A stretch of 64,000 nt of DNA from the sequence record MZ574431.2. One strand, written 5' to 3'. Shown here in pieces: positions 51,776-61,094 of the stretch. Position numbers and translations under genes: made by a program. Numbering within the stretch: position 1 is the first letter of the stretch; each line of letters begins with the position of its first letter. The notes beneath the pieces were generated by a model. The model saw only the letters and a program-made list of their open reading frames with translations, was not told the origin of the DNA and searched no databases.

Positions 51776-52888
51776 CTAGTTGTTGCGGGCGAGCGCGGCC
51801 GAGACCTGCGAGGTCAGGGCGGCGATCTGCGGGGCTTCGGCGGTCAGGCGCGAAGCCATGTCCGAACGAATCTTGGCCATGTCGTCGATCGAGCCGACGA
51901 CGCTGGCGGTGACGGCTTGCAGCGACGCGAGGTCGATGTTGCTGCGGGCCATGGAGTTGCCGATCGCGACCGTGTTCTGACGCGTGAGGTCGGCGTTCTT
52001 GACGATCGCGGCGTTGAAGGCGTCGTCGATGTTGTTGGCCAGTTCGGCGCCCTTCTTCTGCTCCATCTGGATGATGTAGAGGGCGAACTGGCGCTTCATC
52101 GCCGGCAGGGTGTTGGCCTTCAGGTCCTTGAACTTCTCGGTCAGCAGGAACGAGTTGTTCTTGACCTGGGCCAGTTGCGGACCTTGCAGCAGGCACAGCG
52201 TGCGCGTGCGCTCCAGGTCATCGCACTTCTTCTTGGCGAAGGCGATCGCGTCGTTCCAGTTGGCGACGGTCTGGGCCGAGGTCGGATCGTTGGGGTCGAC
52301 GGCCGGCACGTTGGCTTCGGCCCAGGCGATGCGCTCTTGGGCGGTGATGACGACTTGGCCGAGGGCCTGATAGACCTGCTCGTTTTCCTGTTCCAGGCCC
52401 GTGATGTCGCCAACCCGGCGCTCGAACAGGCCGATCTGGCCCTGGACCTGATGGACCAGCTTGTCGACGTTGTCGTTGACCGACGAGACGTGCTGGTCGA
52501 TCTGCTTGGAGCCCCAGCGCTTCAGGAACCCGAACGGACCCTTGTTCCACTTCGACGGGTCGTATTGACGCGCCGTGTCGAGCAGGGTCAGCAGACCCTT
52601 GCCCAGTTCATCCATGTCCTGGGCCTTGGCGATGCCCGTGACCTTGTCGGAGATCGCCGTGGCGCGGCTCATCTCGTTGCCGCCCAGGGCGCCGATCTCG
52701 GTCAGCGAGAACGCCCGCTGCGCAGCCGGCGAAAACGACTGGGCCGGTACGACCGCTTGGTTCGTCACAGGCGCGGCGACTTGGGGCGTCGCGGGGGCGA
52801 AGTCCATCGGCGGAGCCTGGAACGACTGGACGGGAGCCGGCGTCGGGCTGGAGCCGAGGGTACGAGGTTTGGGAGGCATGGGTTCCAC
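51776..52888 (-). CDS. telA: TelA/KlaB-family toxic anion resistance protein
   Basis: About 370-aa helical/coiled-coil protein with Pro-rich N-terminus; L.Q.PQL...NN..L..K...T.P pattern. Confidence 0.75.
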   Translation of the reverse strand: MEPMPPKPRTLGSSPTPAPVQSFQAPPMDFAPATPQVAAPVTNQAVVPAQSFSPAAQRAFSLTEIGALGGNEMSRATAISDKVTGIAKAQDMDELGKGLLTLLDTARQYDPSKWNKGPFGFLKRWGSKQIDQHVSSVNDNVDKLVHQVQGQIGLFERRVGDITGLEQENEQVYQALGQVVITAQERIAWAEANVPAVDPNDPTSAQTVANWNDAIAFAKKKCDDLERTRTLCLLQGPQLAQVKNNSFLLTEKFKDLKANTLPAMKRQFALYIIQMEQKKGAELANNIDDAFNAAIVKNADLTRQNTVAIGNSMARSNIDLASLQAVTASVVGSIDDMAKIRSDMASRLTAEAPQIAALTSQVSAALARNN

Positions 52889-52947
52889 CTAGTTAGGATG
52901 CGTGAACTCGTGTCACGACCCGCGTCACGGGTCAAGCGATAATTGCA

Positions 52948-53601
52948 CTACGAAGCGATGGCCACATTCTGCTGGTTGAGCCAATCGACAATCTGCTCCC
53001 GGCTCTGGAAGCCGTGGGCCTCGATGCCATTGGCGTCCTCGTCCTCGATCAGGCACGACCAGCCAATCTCGCTGTCTTCCTCGCACGAGAGATCGAAGGC
53101 GGTCAGGGCCGAATCCGAATCGGTGTCGAACTTCTCGACGAACGCCAGATAGATGTCGTCGCCGGGACCCAGGATGCGGACCCCGAAGCGGTTGTATTTC
53201 ACTGGAACGGGCACTTTCACTGCGCAGTGAAAATCGTCATTCGAGTGAATATTGCCCAGGCTCTTGGCCAACTGGTCGGCGATCGGCCGATGATGGTCGT
53301 CGAACTGCTGGACGAACTGGAAGACCAGGGGCGAGGGCTCCACGCCGTCCACGGCCGCCGCCAGCGGCGCATAGCGCGGCTTTCGCAGGTTGTTGCGGTA
53401 GTGGATCAGCGACCCGGCGCAGAGGGCCTCACGACGACCCTTCTCCAGCGTCATGTGGCAGGAGATCGGGGTGTCGGTGCGCACACTGCCGACGAAGTAG
53501 TCCGTCGGGTGCCCGCCGAGATAACCGGCCGGCGACGCGCGCCGCCAGGGGCACTCCTTGCAGGGCGTTTTGTGGCGAAGGGGAGGGCAGGCTTCGGTCA
53601 A
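52948..53601 (-). CDS. Cys-rich conserved phage protein
   Basis: PCKECPWR, SCH, CAG. Confidence 0.65.
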   Translation of the reverse strand: MTEACPPLRHKTPCKECPWRRASPAGYLGGHPTDYFVGSVRTDTPISCHMTLEKGRREALCAGSLIHYRNNLRKPRYAPLAAAVDGVEPSPLVFQFVQQFDDHHRPIADQLAKSLGNIHSNDDFHCAVKVPVPVKYNRFGVRILGPGDDIYLAFVEKFDTDSDSALTAFDLSCEEDSEIGWSCLIEDEDANGIEAHGFQSREQIVDWLNQQNVAIAS

Positions 53602-53804
53602 AACGCCACCAGCCCCTCTTCGATCATCTCGTCGAAGAAATAGTCGATGCTCTCGCCGGCGATGACGTAGGCGCCCTGGTGCATGGGCGAGTTGGCCGAG
53701 ACGTTGTCCTCGAACCAGCGCCGACCGCCGTAGGTGATGGGGCGCGCCAGGATCAGGCCCGGTTCGACTCGCGTGATGTCGACATCGATCTGCATGGCCG
53801 ACAC
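53598..53804 (-). CDS. Hypothetical protein
   Basis: Coupled ORF. Confidence 0.6.
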   Translation of the reverse strand: MSAMQIDVDITRVEPGLILARPITYGGRRWFEDNVSANSPMHQGAYVIAGESIDYFFDEMIEEGLVAF

Positions 53805-54236
53805 CTAGCGCAGGTCCGCGCCGGTGTTGTCGGCGCAGCCATAGGCTTCGCGCAGACCCCGCTCCGGGTTCTGATAGAGCTTGTCGGCGCGCGCGAACTT
53901 CGTGCTGCCCAGGTTGTAGATGAACGACACGGCCCGAAAGTCCTTGGTCAGGTAGATGCCGCAGACCGAGTAGCTGTCGTCGTTCTCGCGAAACGCGCGC
54001 ATCGACGTGACGACGACCACGCGCCCCAGTCGAAGCTGGACCATCTGCTCGACCAGCGACGCCATCTGACCGCGCACCTGGGGAGGCGGGGCGAACGGCA
54101 GCCGCGACAGGGTCGCCGGCAGGTAGTCGACGCCAGGGCCTGGGATGTAGTCGTCCTGAGCCTGGACTGGCGCCGCGCAGGCGAGCATGGAGGCGACGCC
54201 CAGCGCCACGACCATAAGCTTTCGCGAGTTCTTCAA
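53805..54236 (-). CDS. Putative secreted protein
   Basis: TTG after AAGGAG; signal peptide KNSRKLMVVALGVASMLACAAPVQA. Confidence 0.6.
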   Translation of the reverse strand: MKNSRKLMVVALGVASMLACAAPVQAQDDYIPGPGVDYLPATLSRLPFAPPPQVRGQMASLVEQMVQLRLGRVVVVTSMRAFRENDDSYSVCGIYLTKDFRAVSFIYNLGSTKFARADKLYQNPERGLREAYGCADNTGADLR

Positions 54237-54314
54237 TCCAGGTCTCCTTCTGTTACGACGTTGCGTAAGACCTAGACGCACCCAGAACGGGTGTCAACAA
54301 CTTTCTTGCAGAAT

Positions 54315-54809
54315 TCAGATGTCGTGGGCGATGATCTCGATCCGAGCCGCCGCCAGCAGTTCATCCAGGGTGTCGACAAGCTTCGCTCCGAAGCGTTCGG
54401 CGATGATCTGCACATTGCCTCGGCGCCAGTAGCCCGGCGGGCAGCAGATCAGGCACTTCTTGCCTCGGGCGTGCAGCCCCAGTTCGAGCAGCGTGACCGG
54501 CGCCTTGCCGGCGGGATCGAAGCAGAAGATGACGATGTCGGCCGCATCCAGGTGGTCCAGTTCCCAGTAGACCTGCTCGGCGAATGGAGTGCAGGTGATG
54601 TCCTGGACCAGGGCGGTATCAAAGTCGGGCCGGCGCGGGTTGAACAGGATCACCGGCAGGGCCGAAAGCTCATCCACCACACGCGCCTGCCAGTTGGCCG
54701 CCTCGCCCATGTCGATGCTGCCGGCCAGGAAGACCTTGGGCAGGGGCGAGGACAGGGCGGAGAGATCGCGATCGGGGGCGACCAGGACCTTGGTGTCAGG
54801 GTGGCTCAT
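54315..54809 (-). CDS. Nucleoside 2-deoxyribosyltransferase-like protein
   Basis: VFLAGSI, W, FNPRR, QVYWE...ADIVIF, APVTLLELG. Confidence 0.8.
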   Translation of the reverse strand: MSHPDTKVLVAPDRDLSALSSPLPKVFLAGSIDMGEAANWQARVVDELSALPVILFNPRRPDFDTALVQDITCTPFAEQVYWELDHLDAADIVIFCFDPAGKAPVTLLELGLHARGKKCLICCPPGYWRRGNVQIIAERFGAKLVDTLDELLAAARIEIIAHDI

Positions 54810-55111
54810 GGCCGGATTTCTTCCTTGCTGGGATCGCCACCTTCGCGGCGGCGGCTGGTTTTGGGGTGCCGATGCCAGCCCGAAGGCTCGCCGGCGTAGT
54901 TCTGGGCCTTCCAGGCGCTTAGGCCGGCACGTGCCGAGGCCTCGGTCTCGTAGCACCAGCGGTCGTCATATTCCAGGTAGTCGTCGAGCGCGCCGACGTG
55001 CATCGTCCAGTGGAACATGAGCCGCTTGATGCCCACCCACATGCCGTTGCCCATGTCCTCGAAGAGGACATAGCCGCTCTGGCGCAGGAAGGCCTCGAAC
55101 TGCGGGGTCAT
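54806..55111 (-). CDS. Hypothetical protein
   Basis: Coupled; Trp-rich. Confidence 0.7.
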   Translation of the reverse strand: MTPQFEAFLRQSGYVLFEDMGNGMWVGIKRLMFHWTMHVGALDDYLEYDDRWCYETEASARAGLSAWKAQNYAGEPSGWHRHPKTSRRREGGDPSKEEIRP

Positions 55112-55590
55112 GCGATCGAGTAGGCCGCCGGATCAAAGCGGAAGCCGGCGAAGTTGCCGCCGTCGGCCTTGTGACGGCGCAAGCGGCTGACGACATCGTG
55201 GCCCAGCGAGGTCAGGTGCAGGAAGACGCCCGGCTCCATCTCCTCGACCAGAGGCAGGATCAGATCGCGCTTCTTGACGCCCATCAGGCCGGCCGCCACC
55301 ATGTCCTGGACGCAGTGCCAATCGTCGTGGTTCTCGATGTAGGTGCCATCGTTGAGCCGCGAGCCATGCTCGGCGCGCATGACCACGCCCTGGTGCCCGC
55401 CGTTGATGCGCTTGGGCCGCCGGCACTCTTCGTGCATGACGCGAAAGTGCTGCCGGCCCTGGCGCATGCGCGCGTCGAAGCCGACCTGGAAGCCGCCGCA
55501 CTCGACGGCTTCGATCTCGGCGTAGGCCAGCATCGACCAGTGGTCTTTGCCAAAGAGGGCGATCGGCACGTAACCGTCGTCGAGGGTCAT
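55108..55590 (-). CDS. Hypothetical protein
   Basis: Coupled; codon bias. Confidence 0.7.
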   Translation of the reverse strand: MTLDDGYVPIALFGKDHWSMLAYAEIEAVECGGFQVGFDARMRQGRQHFRVMHEECRRPKRINGGHQGVVMRAEHGSRLNDGTYIENHDDWHCVQDMVAAGLMGVKKRDLILPLVEEMEPGVFLHLTSLGHDVVSRLRRHKADGGNFAGFRFDPAAYSIA

Positions 55591-55599
55591 GCGCTGTCC

Positions 55600-55968
55600 T
55601 TAGAGGCGGGCAGTGACCTTCAGGTCACTGTCGATGTCGATGGTGAAGGAGCGGCTGCGGGGCGAGCCGGTGCGGTTGAAGCTGAGCGAGGCGATCGTGT
55701 AGGGCTTATCGCCCTGCTTTTCCTGCTCGGCCGGCGACAGGACTTTGGACGCCCAGCCGTGGCTGAATTCCGCACCGTCCCAGCCCAGGCTGTTGGTGTA
55801 GCGGGAGGCCTCGTAGAGCGCCCGCAAGAAGGCGCCCATGACCACGTCGTAAGCGTGATCGCCGTCGCGCTGGCTGTTGCGGTGGAACTTGGCCGTCTCC
55901 GAGGCGACCTCGAACAGCTTGGTGTCCTTCCAGGACATCACGATTGCGGGCATGGTGGACTCGCTCAA
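55600..55968 (-). CDS. Hypothetical protein
   Basis: Codon bias. Confidence 0.65.
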   Translation of the reverse strand: MSESTMPAIVMSWKDTKLFEVASETAKFHRNSQRDGDHAYDVVMGAFLRALYEASRYTNSLGWDGAEFSHGWASKVLSPAEQEKQGDKPYTIASLSFNRTGSPRSRSFTIDIDSDLKVTARL

Positions 55969-55970
55969 GG

Positions 55971-56318
55971 CTATCTCCCTTTCTTGAAGAAGCCCGCCGG
56001 CAGCTTCTTGCCAGCGTTCTTCTTGCGTTCATTCTGTTGGCGGGTGATCGCGGCTTTGACGGCGCCGGCCTTGGTCTTGTAGACCTTGGTCCAGATGATG
56101 CCGAGGTAGGGACGCGCGGCGTAGCCTTCCTTGCGCGAGAAGCCGTAGACGTCCTTGGCCGCCACGAAGGGCTCGAACGCGCGCGTATCGGTGACGCCAT
56201 AGCCGCCCGGATCGATCTGATCGTTCAGCAGCGAGATGGTCTCGCCGCCAACCAGCGTGGCCTCCCAGAACGAGGCGTAGACGACCTCGACGTCACCGAC
56301 GCGTTCGAACGGTCCCAT
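55971..56318 (-). CDS. Hypothetical protein
   Basis: Start chosen at MGPFER. Confidence 0.65.
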   Translation of the reverse strand: MGPFERVGDVEVVYASFWEATLVGGETISLLNDQIDPGGYGVTDTRAFEPFVAAKDVYGFSRKEGYAARPYLGIIWTKVYKTKAGAVKAAITRQQNERKKNAGKKLPAGFFKKGR

Positions 56319-56338
56319 GGACCGGGGATTGAGGTCGG

Positions 56339-56578
56339 TCAAGCCAGGACCCTTTCGCAGATGTGGGCGAAGGCCGCCTGGAACGAGGGGAAGGTTTCCT
56401 GCGTCTCGAACAGGTCGGCGTGGAAGCGCTCGGGGCGATCGATGCGGATGAACCACACGCCCGTCGGCTTGTAGTTCTCGTCGAGCCGCGAGCGGATCGC
56501 CGCCATCCGGCCGTGCCGGTCATGGGTGACGTCCCAGGCGTCTTCGCCGCGCTTGTGGATTGCGATTTCGTCGATCAT
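56339..56578 (-). CDS. Hypothetical protein
   Basis: TGATG coupling. Confidence 0.65.
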   Translation of the reverse strand: MIDEIAIHKRGEDAWDVTHDRHGRMAAIRSRLDENYKPTGVWFIRIDRPERFHADLFETQETFPSFQAAFAHICERVLA

Positions 56579-56877
56579 CAGCGGACCCGGTTGTTGCGTT
56601 GGAGGGCTTCGACCGCGTCCTTGCGCGTGATGTAGCCGCCAAAACGCTGCCCCGGACGCGTCTTGGCTTCGTAGTACCAGCGAGGGCTTTCCCAGGCGCG
56701 CGCCACGATGCGCTCGCCCGGAATGGATTTCTCCTGGCGCTCGGGACGCTGACCGATCCAGCCGATCACCTCGCCGTTACGCTCGACGGCGTAGCGCGCC
56801 ATCTTCTTCTGCTTGCCGCCCTTGATGAGGATCGGCGCGAAGATGTGCGGTAACGGCTTGAAGACAAGATCGGTCAT
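56578..56877 (-). CDS. Hypothetical protein
   Basis: GAGGAG RBS; promoter at 56925. Confidence 0.7.
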   Translation of the reverse strand: MTDLVFKPLPHIFAPILIKGGKQKKMARYAVERNGEVIGWIGQRPERQEKSIPGERIVARAWESPRWYYEAKTRPGQRFGGYITRKDAVEALQRNNRVR

Positions 56878-56944
56878 GCGTGCTCCTCTGTTGGTATGGT
56901 CTAGTTAGGGGAGGCTCGGGAGCCTGTCAACAGCTTTCTTGCAC

Positions 56945-57163
56945 TTACTGGGATTCGTAATTGTCGTCGACTTCATCGAGCAGGGCGCGAAGCTCCCGAC
57001 GAGCGTCGTGGTTGTTCATGATCTTCATGAGCAAGGCCACGGCGCTGTCCTGGGTGGTGCGCCCCAGTTTGGTGGAGAGGAGGTTCCCCACCCACGCCAC
57101 CAGGGTCACATACTTCAGGGTGCCCCGGACCGTGATAAGGGGCTTAGGACTCGGCAGCATCAC
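56945..57163 (-). CDS. Hypothetical protein
   Basis: ORF track. Confidence 0.5.
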   Translation of the reverse strand: MMLPSPKPLITVRGTLKYVTLVAWVGNLLSTKLGRTTQDSAVALLMKIMNNHDARRELRALLDEVDDNYESQ

Positions 57164-57866
57164 CAGCCTGGGGCGTTTCGAAGGCCAGTTTCAGGACGTC
57201 GTCGACCTTGTCGGGCGCCAGCAGGCCTTGAGCGACGGCTTGCGCCAGGGCCTGTTCGCCCAGGCGCTTCTTGCCCAGTTCGAAGTAGGCCTCGATCTCG
57301 CCATAGGCGCGATCGCGCATCTTGTCGGCCTGCTCGGTGGCGCGGTCGACCAGATGCGGCAGGTTGCCCGTCGCCTCGCGCAGCGCCGTCTGGAGTTGTT
57401 CGAGAAGCTCGCGAAGCTCGGCCTTGCGCGGCGAGCCACCGTCGAGAATCTTCTGACACATGTCGACGGCTTCCTTGACGGCCGCCATGGCTGCCTGGGC
57501 GTCCCTGGCGATCGCCTTGCCGGCGCGCTCATGGCCGTCAGCCCGCTGGCTGGTCGGCGGCTCAGCCATGCCGACGTATTGGCCGCCGACCATGCGCCGC
57601 TGAATGGTGCAGGGCACGCCCTCGGTGCCGACGCCGGTGATCAGTTGCGCGAACTGCACTTCGGAAAGGGCGATCTGGATGATCTCGCGATGCCCAAAGA
57701 AGCGTGCGTCCACACCGCGTGTGTAGCGATCGGCCTCCACGACCTTCAGGGTCAGGTAATGACCCACAGGCCATTCGACGCCGACGAGGTTGCGTTCGCC
57801 GCTGGTGCGCAGAACCTGCACGCGTCCGAAGGATTCGTGCGTTTCCTTGATCTCGTCGTCGGCCAT
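57144..57866 (-). CDS. Hypothetical protein
   Basis: AGGAG RBS; promoter at 57919. Confidence 0.8.
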   Translation of the reverse strand: MADDEIKETHESFGRVQVLRTSGERNLVGVEWPVGHYLTLKVVEADRYTRGVDARFFGHREIIQIALSEVQFAQLITGVGTEGVPCTIQRRMVGGQYVGMAEPPTSQRADGHERAGKAIARDAQAAMAAVKEAVDMCQKILDGGSPRKAELRELLEQLQTALREATGNLPHLVDRATEQADKMRDRAYGEIEAYFELGKKRLGEQALAQAVAQGLLAPDKVDDVLKLAFETPQAGDAAES

Positions 57867-57941
57867 GAGGTCTCCTGTGCGTTGCTCTTGAGGGAGGTTT
57901 ACGACCCGCCCTCAAGGCTGTCAACAGTTTTCTTGCAGAAT

Positions 57942-58349
57942 TTAGTAGTGCTTGGACAGGAGCCCGCGCTGGTCCCAGATGTTCGGACGCGGCTGGATGT
58001 AGGGGTTACGCGGATCGTCCCAGGCCAGGGAGTAGTCCAGGCCGATGATCCTGGCGCAGTCGGCGCCGATCAGGAACCAGCCCATGTCCGAGCCGTGGCG
58101 CGGCCAACCGTCGAGCGGTTCTGGGTAGGGCTCGACCTGGACGAACAGCGCCTCGTCGTCCGGGTGCAGGGCGTAGGGTCCGCCACCGACGCAGTGGACG
58201 ACACGGCGGGCCTGCTCGGGCTTGAGGTCCTTCTGGCAGCGGCAGCACCAGACGTCAGTCTTGGGATCGCGCCGATAGTCAGGGTCCATCCACACCGCCC
58301 GGTACGGGACACCGGGATGGAACTCCTGCACGAACTTGGCCTTAGCCAT
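57942..58349 (-). CDS. Hypothetical Cys-containing protein
   Basis: CCRCQ...C..I. Confidence 0.7.
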   Translation of the reverse strand: MAKAKFVQEFHPGVPYRAVWMDPDYRRDPKTDVWCCRCQKDLKPEQARRVVHCVGGGPYALHPDDEALFVQVEPYPEPLDGWPRHGSDMGWFLIGADCARIIGLDYSLAWDDPRNPYIQPRPNIWDQRGLLSKHY

Positions 58350-58653
58350 TCTGGCGGCCCTTCCAGCGTGCGTCCAGATCGTCGGCCGTCACGAAGATTC
58401 GCTCGGCCTCGGCGCCGCCGTAAGGACGCTCGCAGATCAGGACGACACCCGGCTGCGCCAGGGCGGCCTTCGAGCCGTGCTCGCCGCCACCTTCGGAGCC
58501 GTACTGGCTCATGTGGTAGGCCGAGACGCCGAAGGCCTCGGCGGCCTTGGCCTTCGATGTCGTCGCCACATAGGCCTCGCCCTGGCGTGAATTGCCGGGG
58601 ATGGCCGGATGATAGTAGGTGATGTGGTAGACCTTGAGCTTGGCCATCAGCAC
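58342..58653 (-). CDS. Hypothetical protein
   Basis: Coupled. Confidence 0.7.
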   Translation of the reverse strand: MLMAKLKVYHITYYHPAIPGNSRQGEAYVATTSKAKAAEAFGVSAYHMSQYGSEGGGEHGSKAALAQPGVVLICERPYGGAEAERIFVTADDLDARWKGRQNG

Positions 58654-59015
58654 GTACCCGAGGCAAGGAACTCGCTGGCGCGGTCCTTGTGCAGCGCGCC
58701 GGCCTTGTCCAGAGCCTCGGCGACCTCGGCCTTGATCGGCTTGTAGCCGCGCTTGTCATAGTAGACAAAGTCGCGGGTCTTGCCGGGATTTTCCCGCGCC
58801 CACTGCGCGTCTTCGGCCTTCATGCGCGCCATCCAGGCCTCGGCGCTCTGCTCGTCCTCGAACAGGACAAAGCCGTCCGGGCGCGGACCCCAGCCGCTCT
58901 CGTACTCGGTGCCCTCGATCACGAAGGCGAAGTGACGCGTCGGCTTGACCGGTGCAGATGGCGGTGCGTCCGTGCGGTCGGTCATCGTAGTGCCGGGCTG
59001 AAGCGTGCGAGGCAT
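58647..59015 (-). CDS. Hypothetical protein
   Basis: GAGGAG RBS; promoter at 59071. Confidence 0.7.
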   Translation of the reverse strand: MPRTLQPGTTMTDRTDAPPSAPVKPTRHFAFVIEGTEYESGWGPRPDGFVLFEDEQSAEAWMARMKAEDAQWARENPGKTRDFVYYDKRGYKPIKAEVAEALDKAGALHKDRASEFLASGTC

Positions 59016-59092
59016 CGAGGTCTCCTCTTGGTTGTCGTACGAGAACACTGCTAAGGCCGCGAGAAGCCAGTGTCAACAGTTTTCTTGCAAGC

Positions 59093-59230
59093 CTAGCCTG
59101 CCATCAGGTCGCGCTGGTATCGCCAGCCGTCCAGCCAAGACCAGCGGTCAAGATCAAAAAAGCCATAGGGGCAGGCGGATTGGGGCTGGCCCTGGGCGTA
59201 GGCGAATTGGCCCTGCTGGAACGGGTCCAT
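59093..59230 (-). CDS. Rmf/CrpP-fold small protein (45 aa)
   Basis: FQQGQFAYAQGQPQSACPYGFFDLDRWSWLDGW fits G..A...G.....CPY...W..GW; TAATG coupling. Confidence 0.65.
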   Translation of the reverse strand: MDPFQQGQFAYAQGQPQSACPYGFFDLDRWSWLDGWRYQRDLMAG

Positions 59231-59619
59231 TACTCTAACCCCATGGCCTTGCGGTAAGGCGTCATCGACCAGCCCTGGGCCGCGACCGCTTCGCCCAGGT
59301 CCGCTGCGCAGCGCAGTGTGCAGAAGAACTCGTCGACGTAAGTCACGCCGTCCCAGACGGTGACCTTGTCGATGTACTCGCCGCCGGTCTCCTTGATGTA
59401 GATTTCTTCGTAGGGCAGTCCATGGTAGCGTTGCCAGGAGACAGACAGGACCGTGCCGTTGACCAGGGTCTGGACCTCGGCTTTGGACCGAGGATAGACC
59501 TTCGCCCGGTGCTCCTCGCCGTTCTGGGCCATCCGACCAAAGTAGAGCGTGTCGACGTACTTTCTGATCGGCTTGCCGCACGAGCGGCAGAAGGGCTGTT
59601 TTTCGCTTTCGAAGGTCAT
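59230..59619 (-). CDS. Hypothetical protein with CxxC...C...C
   Basis: FCRSCG...FCTLRCA. Confidence 0.7.
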   Translation of the reverse strand: MTFESEKQPFCRSCGKPIRKYVDTLYFGRMAQNGEEHRAKVYPRSKAEVQTLVNGTVLSVSWQRYHGLPYEEIYIKETGGEYIDKVTVWDGVTYVDEFFCTLRCAADLGEAVAAQGWSMTPYRKAMGLE

Positions 59620-60341
59620 CCGAATTCCTTGGCTAGGGCGATCGCCTTCGACAGGCTTTCGGTCTCGAAGTTGGTCAGGGTGATCTGGCCAGTCTCGGCC
59701 TTGCACCGGATCGACTCCAGCGCCTCGACGAGGTCGGCCTTCTCCTGCTCCAGGGCGGCCTTGGCGGCCAGCCGGCGAGCAGCGGCCTCCACCTGCGCCG
59801 CCTTGGTCGCCTTGGCGTGTGCGAAGGCCGCATCCCACGACGGCAGGCTGCCGGCGATGTACGCCTCGTAGGCGCGCAGCAGCGCCAGTTCCTTGGCCTT
59901 GACGGTGCCGTAGTGAACACCGCTGACGGCCATCCCCGGCGAGATGTCATCCAGATCGGGCGCCGCGTCGAAGTTGGCGTCCAGGCTGACCGTGAGCGGT
60001 CTGATCTTCCACTCCTTGTCCCAGCCGTGGTCCAGGAGAAGGAAGGCGAACGGTTTGCCGTCGAGCATCGCCAGATTGGCGCTCTTGCGGCTGCGGCCTT
60101 CGGTCCAGGGCGTGGCTTTGAGATCAACCCCGAGCGCCTTGATAGCGCCCTTTGCGTAGACGCGGCTGCACTCGCTGCATTGGACATGCTTGGGGTCGGA
60201 CGCCTTGCGGATCACGCCGCCGATCGAGTCGTCGCCGCAAAGCGTGCGCTCACGCATGCGCGGCTTGCCTGTGTCGCTATAGACGCCGTCCTGGTAGGAC
60301 TCGGCGATGAGGTGCAGGTCGTATCGGCTGCTGCGGGCCAA
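59616..60341 (-). CDS. Hypothetical protein
   Basis: Codon bias; promoter at 60390. Confidence 0.7.
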   Translation of the reverse strand: MARSSRYDLHLIAESYQDGVYSDTGKPRMRERTLCGDDSIGGVIRKASDPKHVQCSECSRVYAKGAIKALGVDLKATPWTEGRSRKSANLAMLDGKPFAFLLLDHGWDKEWKIRPLTVSLDANFDAAPDLDDISPGMAVSGVHYGTVKAKELALLRAYEAYIAGSLPSWDAAFAHAKATKAAQVEAAARRLAAKAALEQEKADLVEALESIRCKAETGQITLTNFETESLSKAIALAKEFG

Positions 60342-60365
60342 GGAAGCCTCCGTGCTGTTCCTGGC

Positions 60366-60851
60366 CTAGATAGGAGCCAACGAACGGCGTGTCAACAGCT
60401 TTCTTGCAGAATGGCCGTACCAGCGCCAGAGCCGCTTGCCGATGATGTAGATCGACCCGGTGAAGACCGAGGTCAGTTGCAGGCTGTAGAGCACGTTGAT
60501 CAGGAAGGTGTAGCGGTAATTGCTGATGTGGATCGGAAGCAGGGAGGCCTTGCCGGCCCAGAAGCCTAGGTGCAGCGCGCTTTGCGTGTAGAGCGAAAGC
60601 GCGACCACGCCGATCCAGTATCTAGGTCGGATGAAGAACATCACTCCGACAAGGCTGGCCTGGACAGCGTCGATCCAGACATAGACAAACAGCGAGGTGG
60701 AATCGACATAGAAGAACCGCATCAGAGCGCAGGCGCACCAGCTATAGCACAGCATGGTGGCGACGACCTGGAGACCCTTCTGCCAGGAGAACAGCGCTGC
60801 GACGCCCATGACGAGCGTCGCAGCGGCGAAGAAATGCCCCCAGAACCCCAT
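60366..60851 (-). CDS. Multi-pass membrane protein
   Basis: About 5 hydrophobic helices; less GC-rich than its neighbours. Confidence 0.75.
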   Translation of the reverse strand: MGFWGHFFAAATLVMGVAALFSWQKGLQVVATMLCYSWCACALMRFFYVDSTSLFVYVWIDAVQASLVGVMFFIRPRYWIGVVALSLYTQSALHLGFWAGKASLLPIHISNYRYTFLINVLYSLQLTSVFTGSIYIIGKRLWRWYGHSARKLLTRRSLAPI

Positions 60852-60854
60852 GCG

Positions 60855-61094
60855 TTACGGGATCGTCGGTTCGTCTTCGGGCGGCTTGTCGTTGCCACCC
60901 GAGCGCGCGACCGCGACATCCTTGATGCGCGGACCAAAGACACCCGCCGCGTAGTTGAGCAGGACGTTGAGACGTTTGTGGATACGATCCACCGTCGCCT
61001 TGATTTCCGGTTGTTCGGCGACCTGCGCGTGCAGGGTCGCGAAGTCCTCGGCGATGGCGCCCACGAAGTCGATGGCCTTGTCGATGATGCTCAC
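60855..61094 (-). CDS. Small protein with a Gly/Pro/acidic C-terminal tail
   Basis: GGAGG RBS; ends ARSGGNDKPPEDEPTIP. Confidence 0.65.
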   Translation of the reverse strand: MSIIDKAIDFVGAIAEDFATLHAQVAEQPEIKATVDRIHKRLNVLLNYAAGVFGPRIKDVAVARSGGNDKPPEDEPTIP

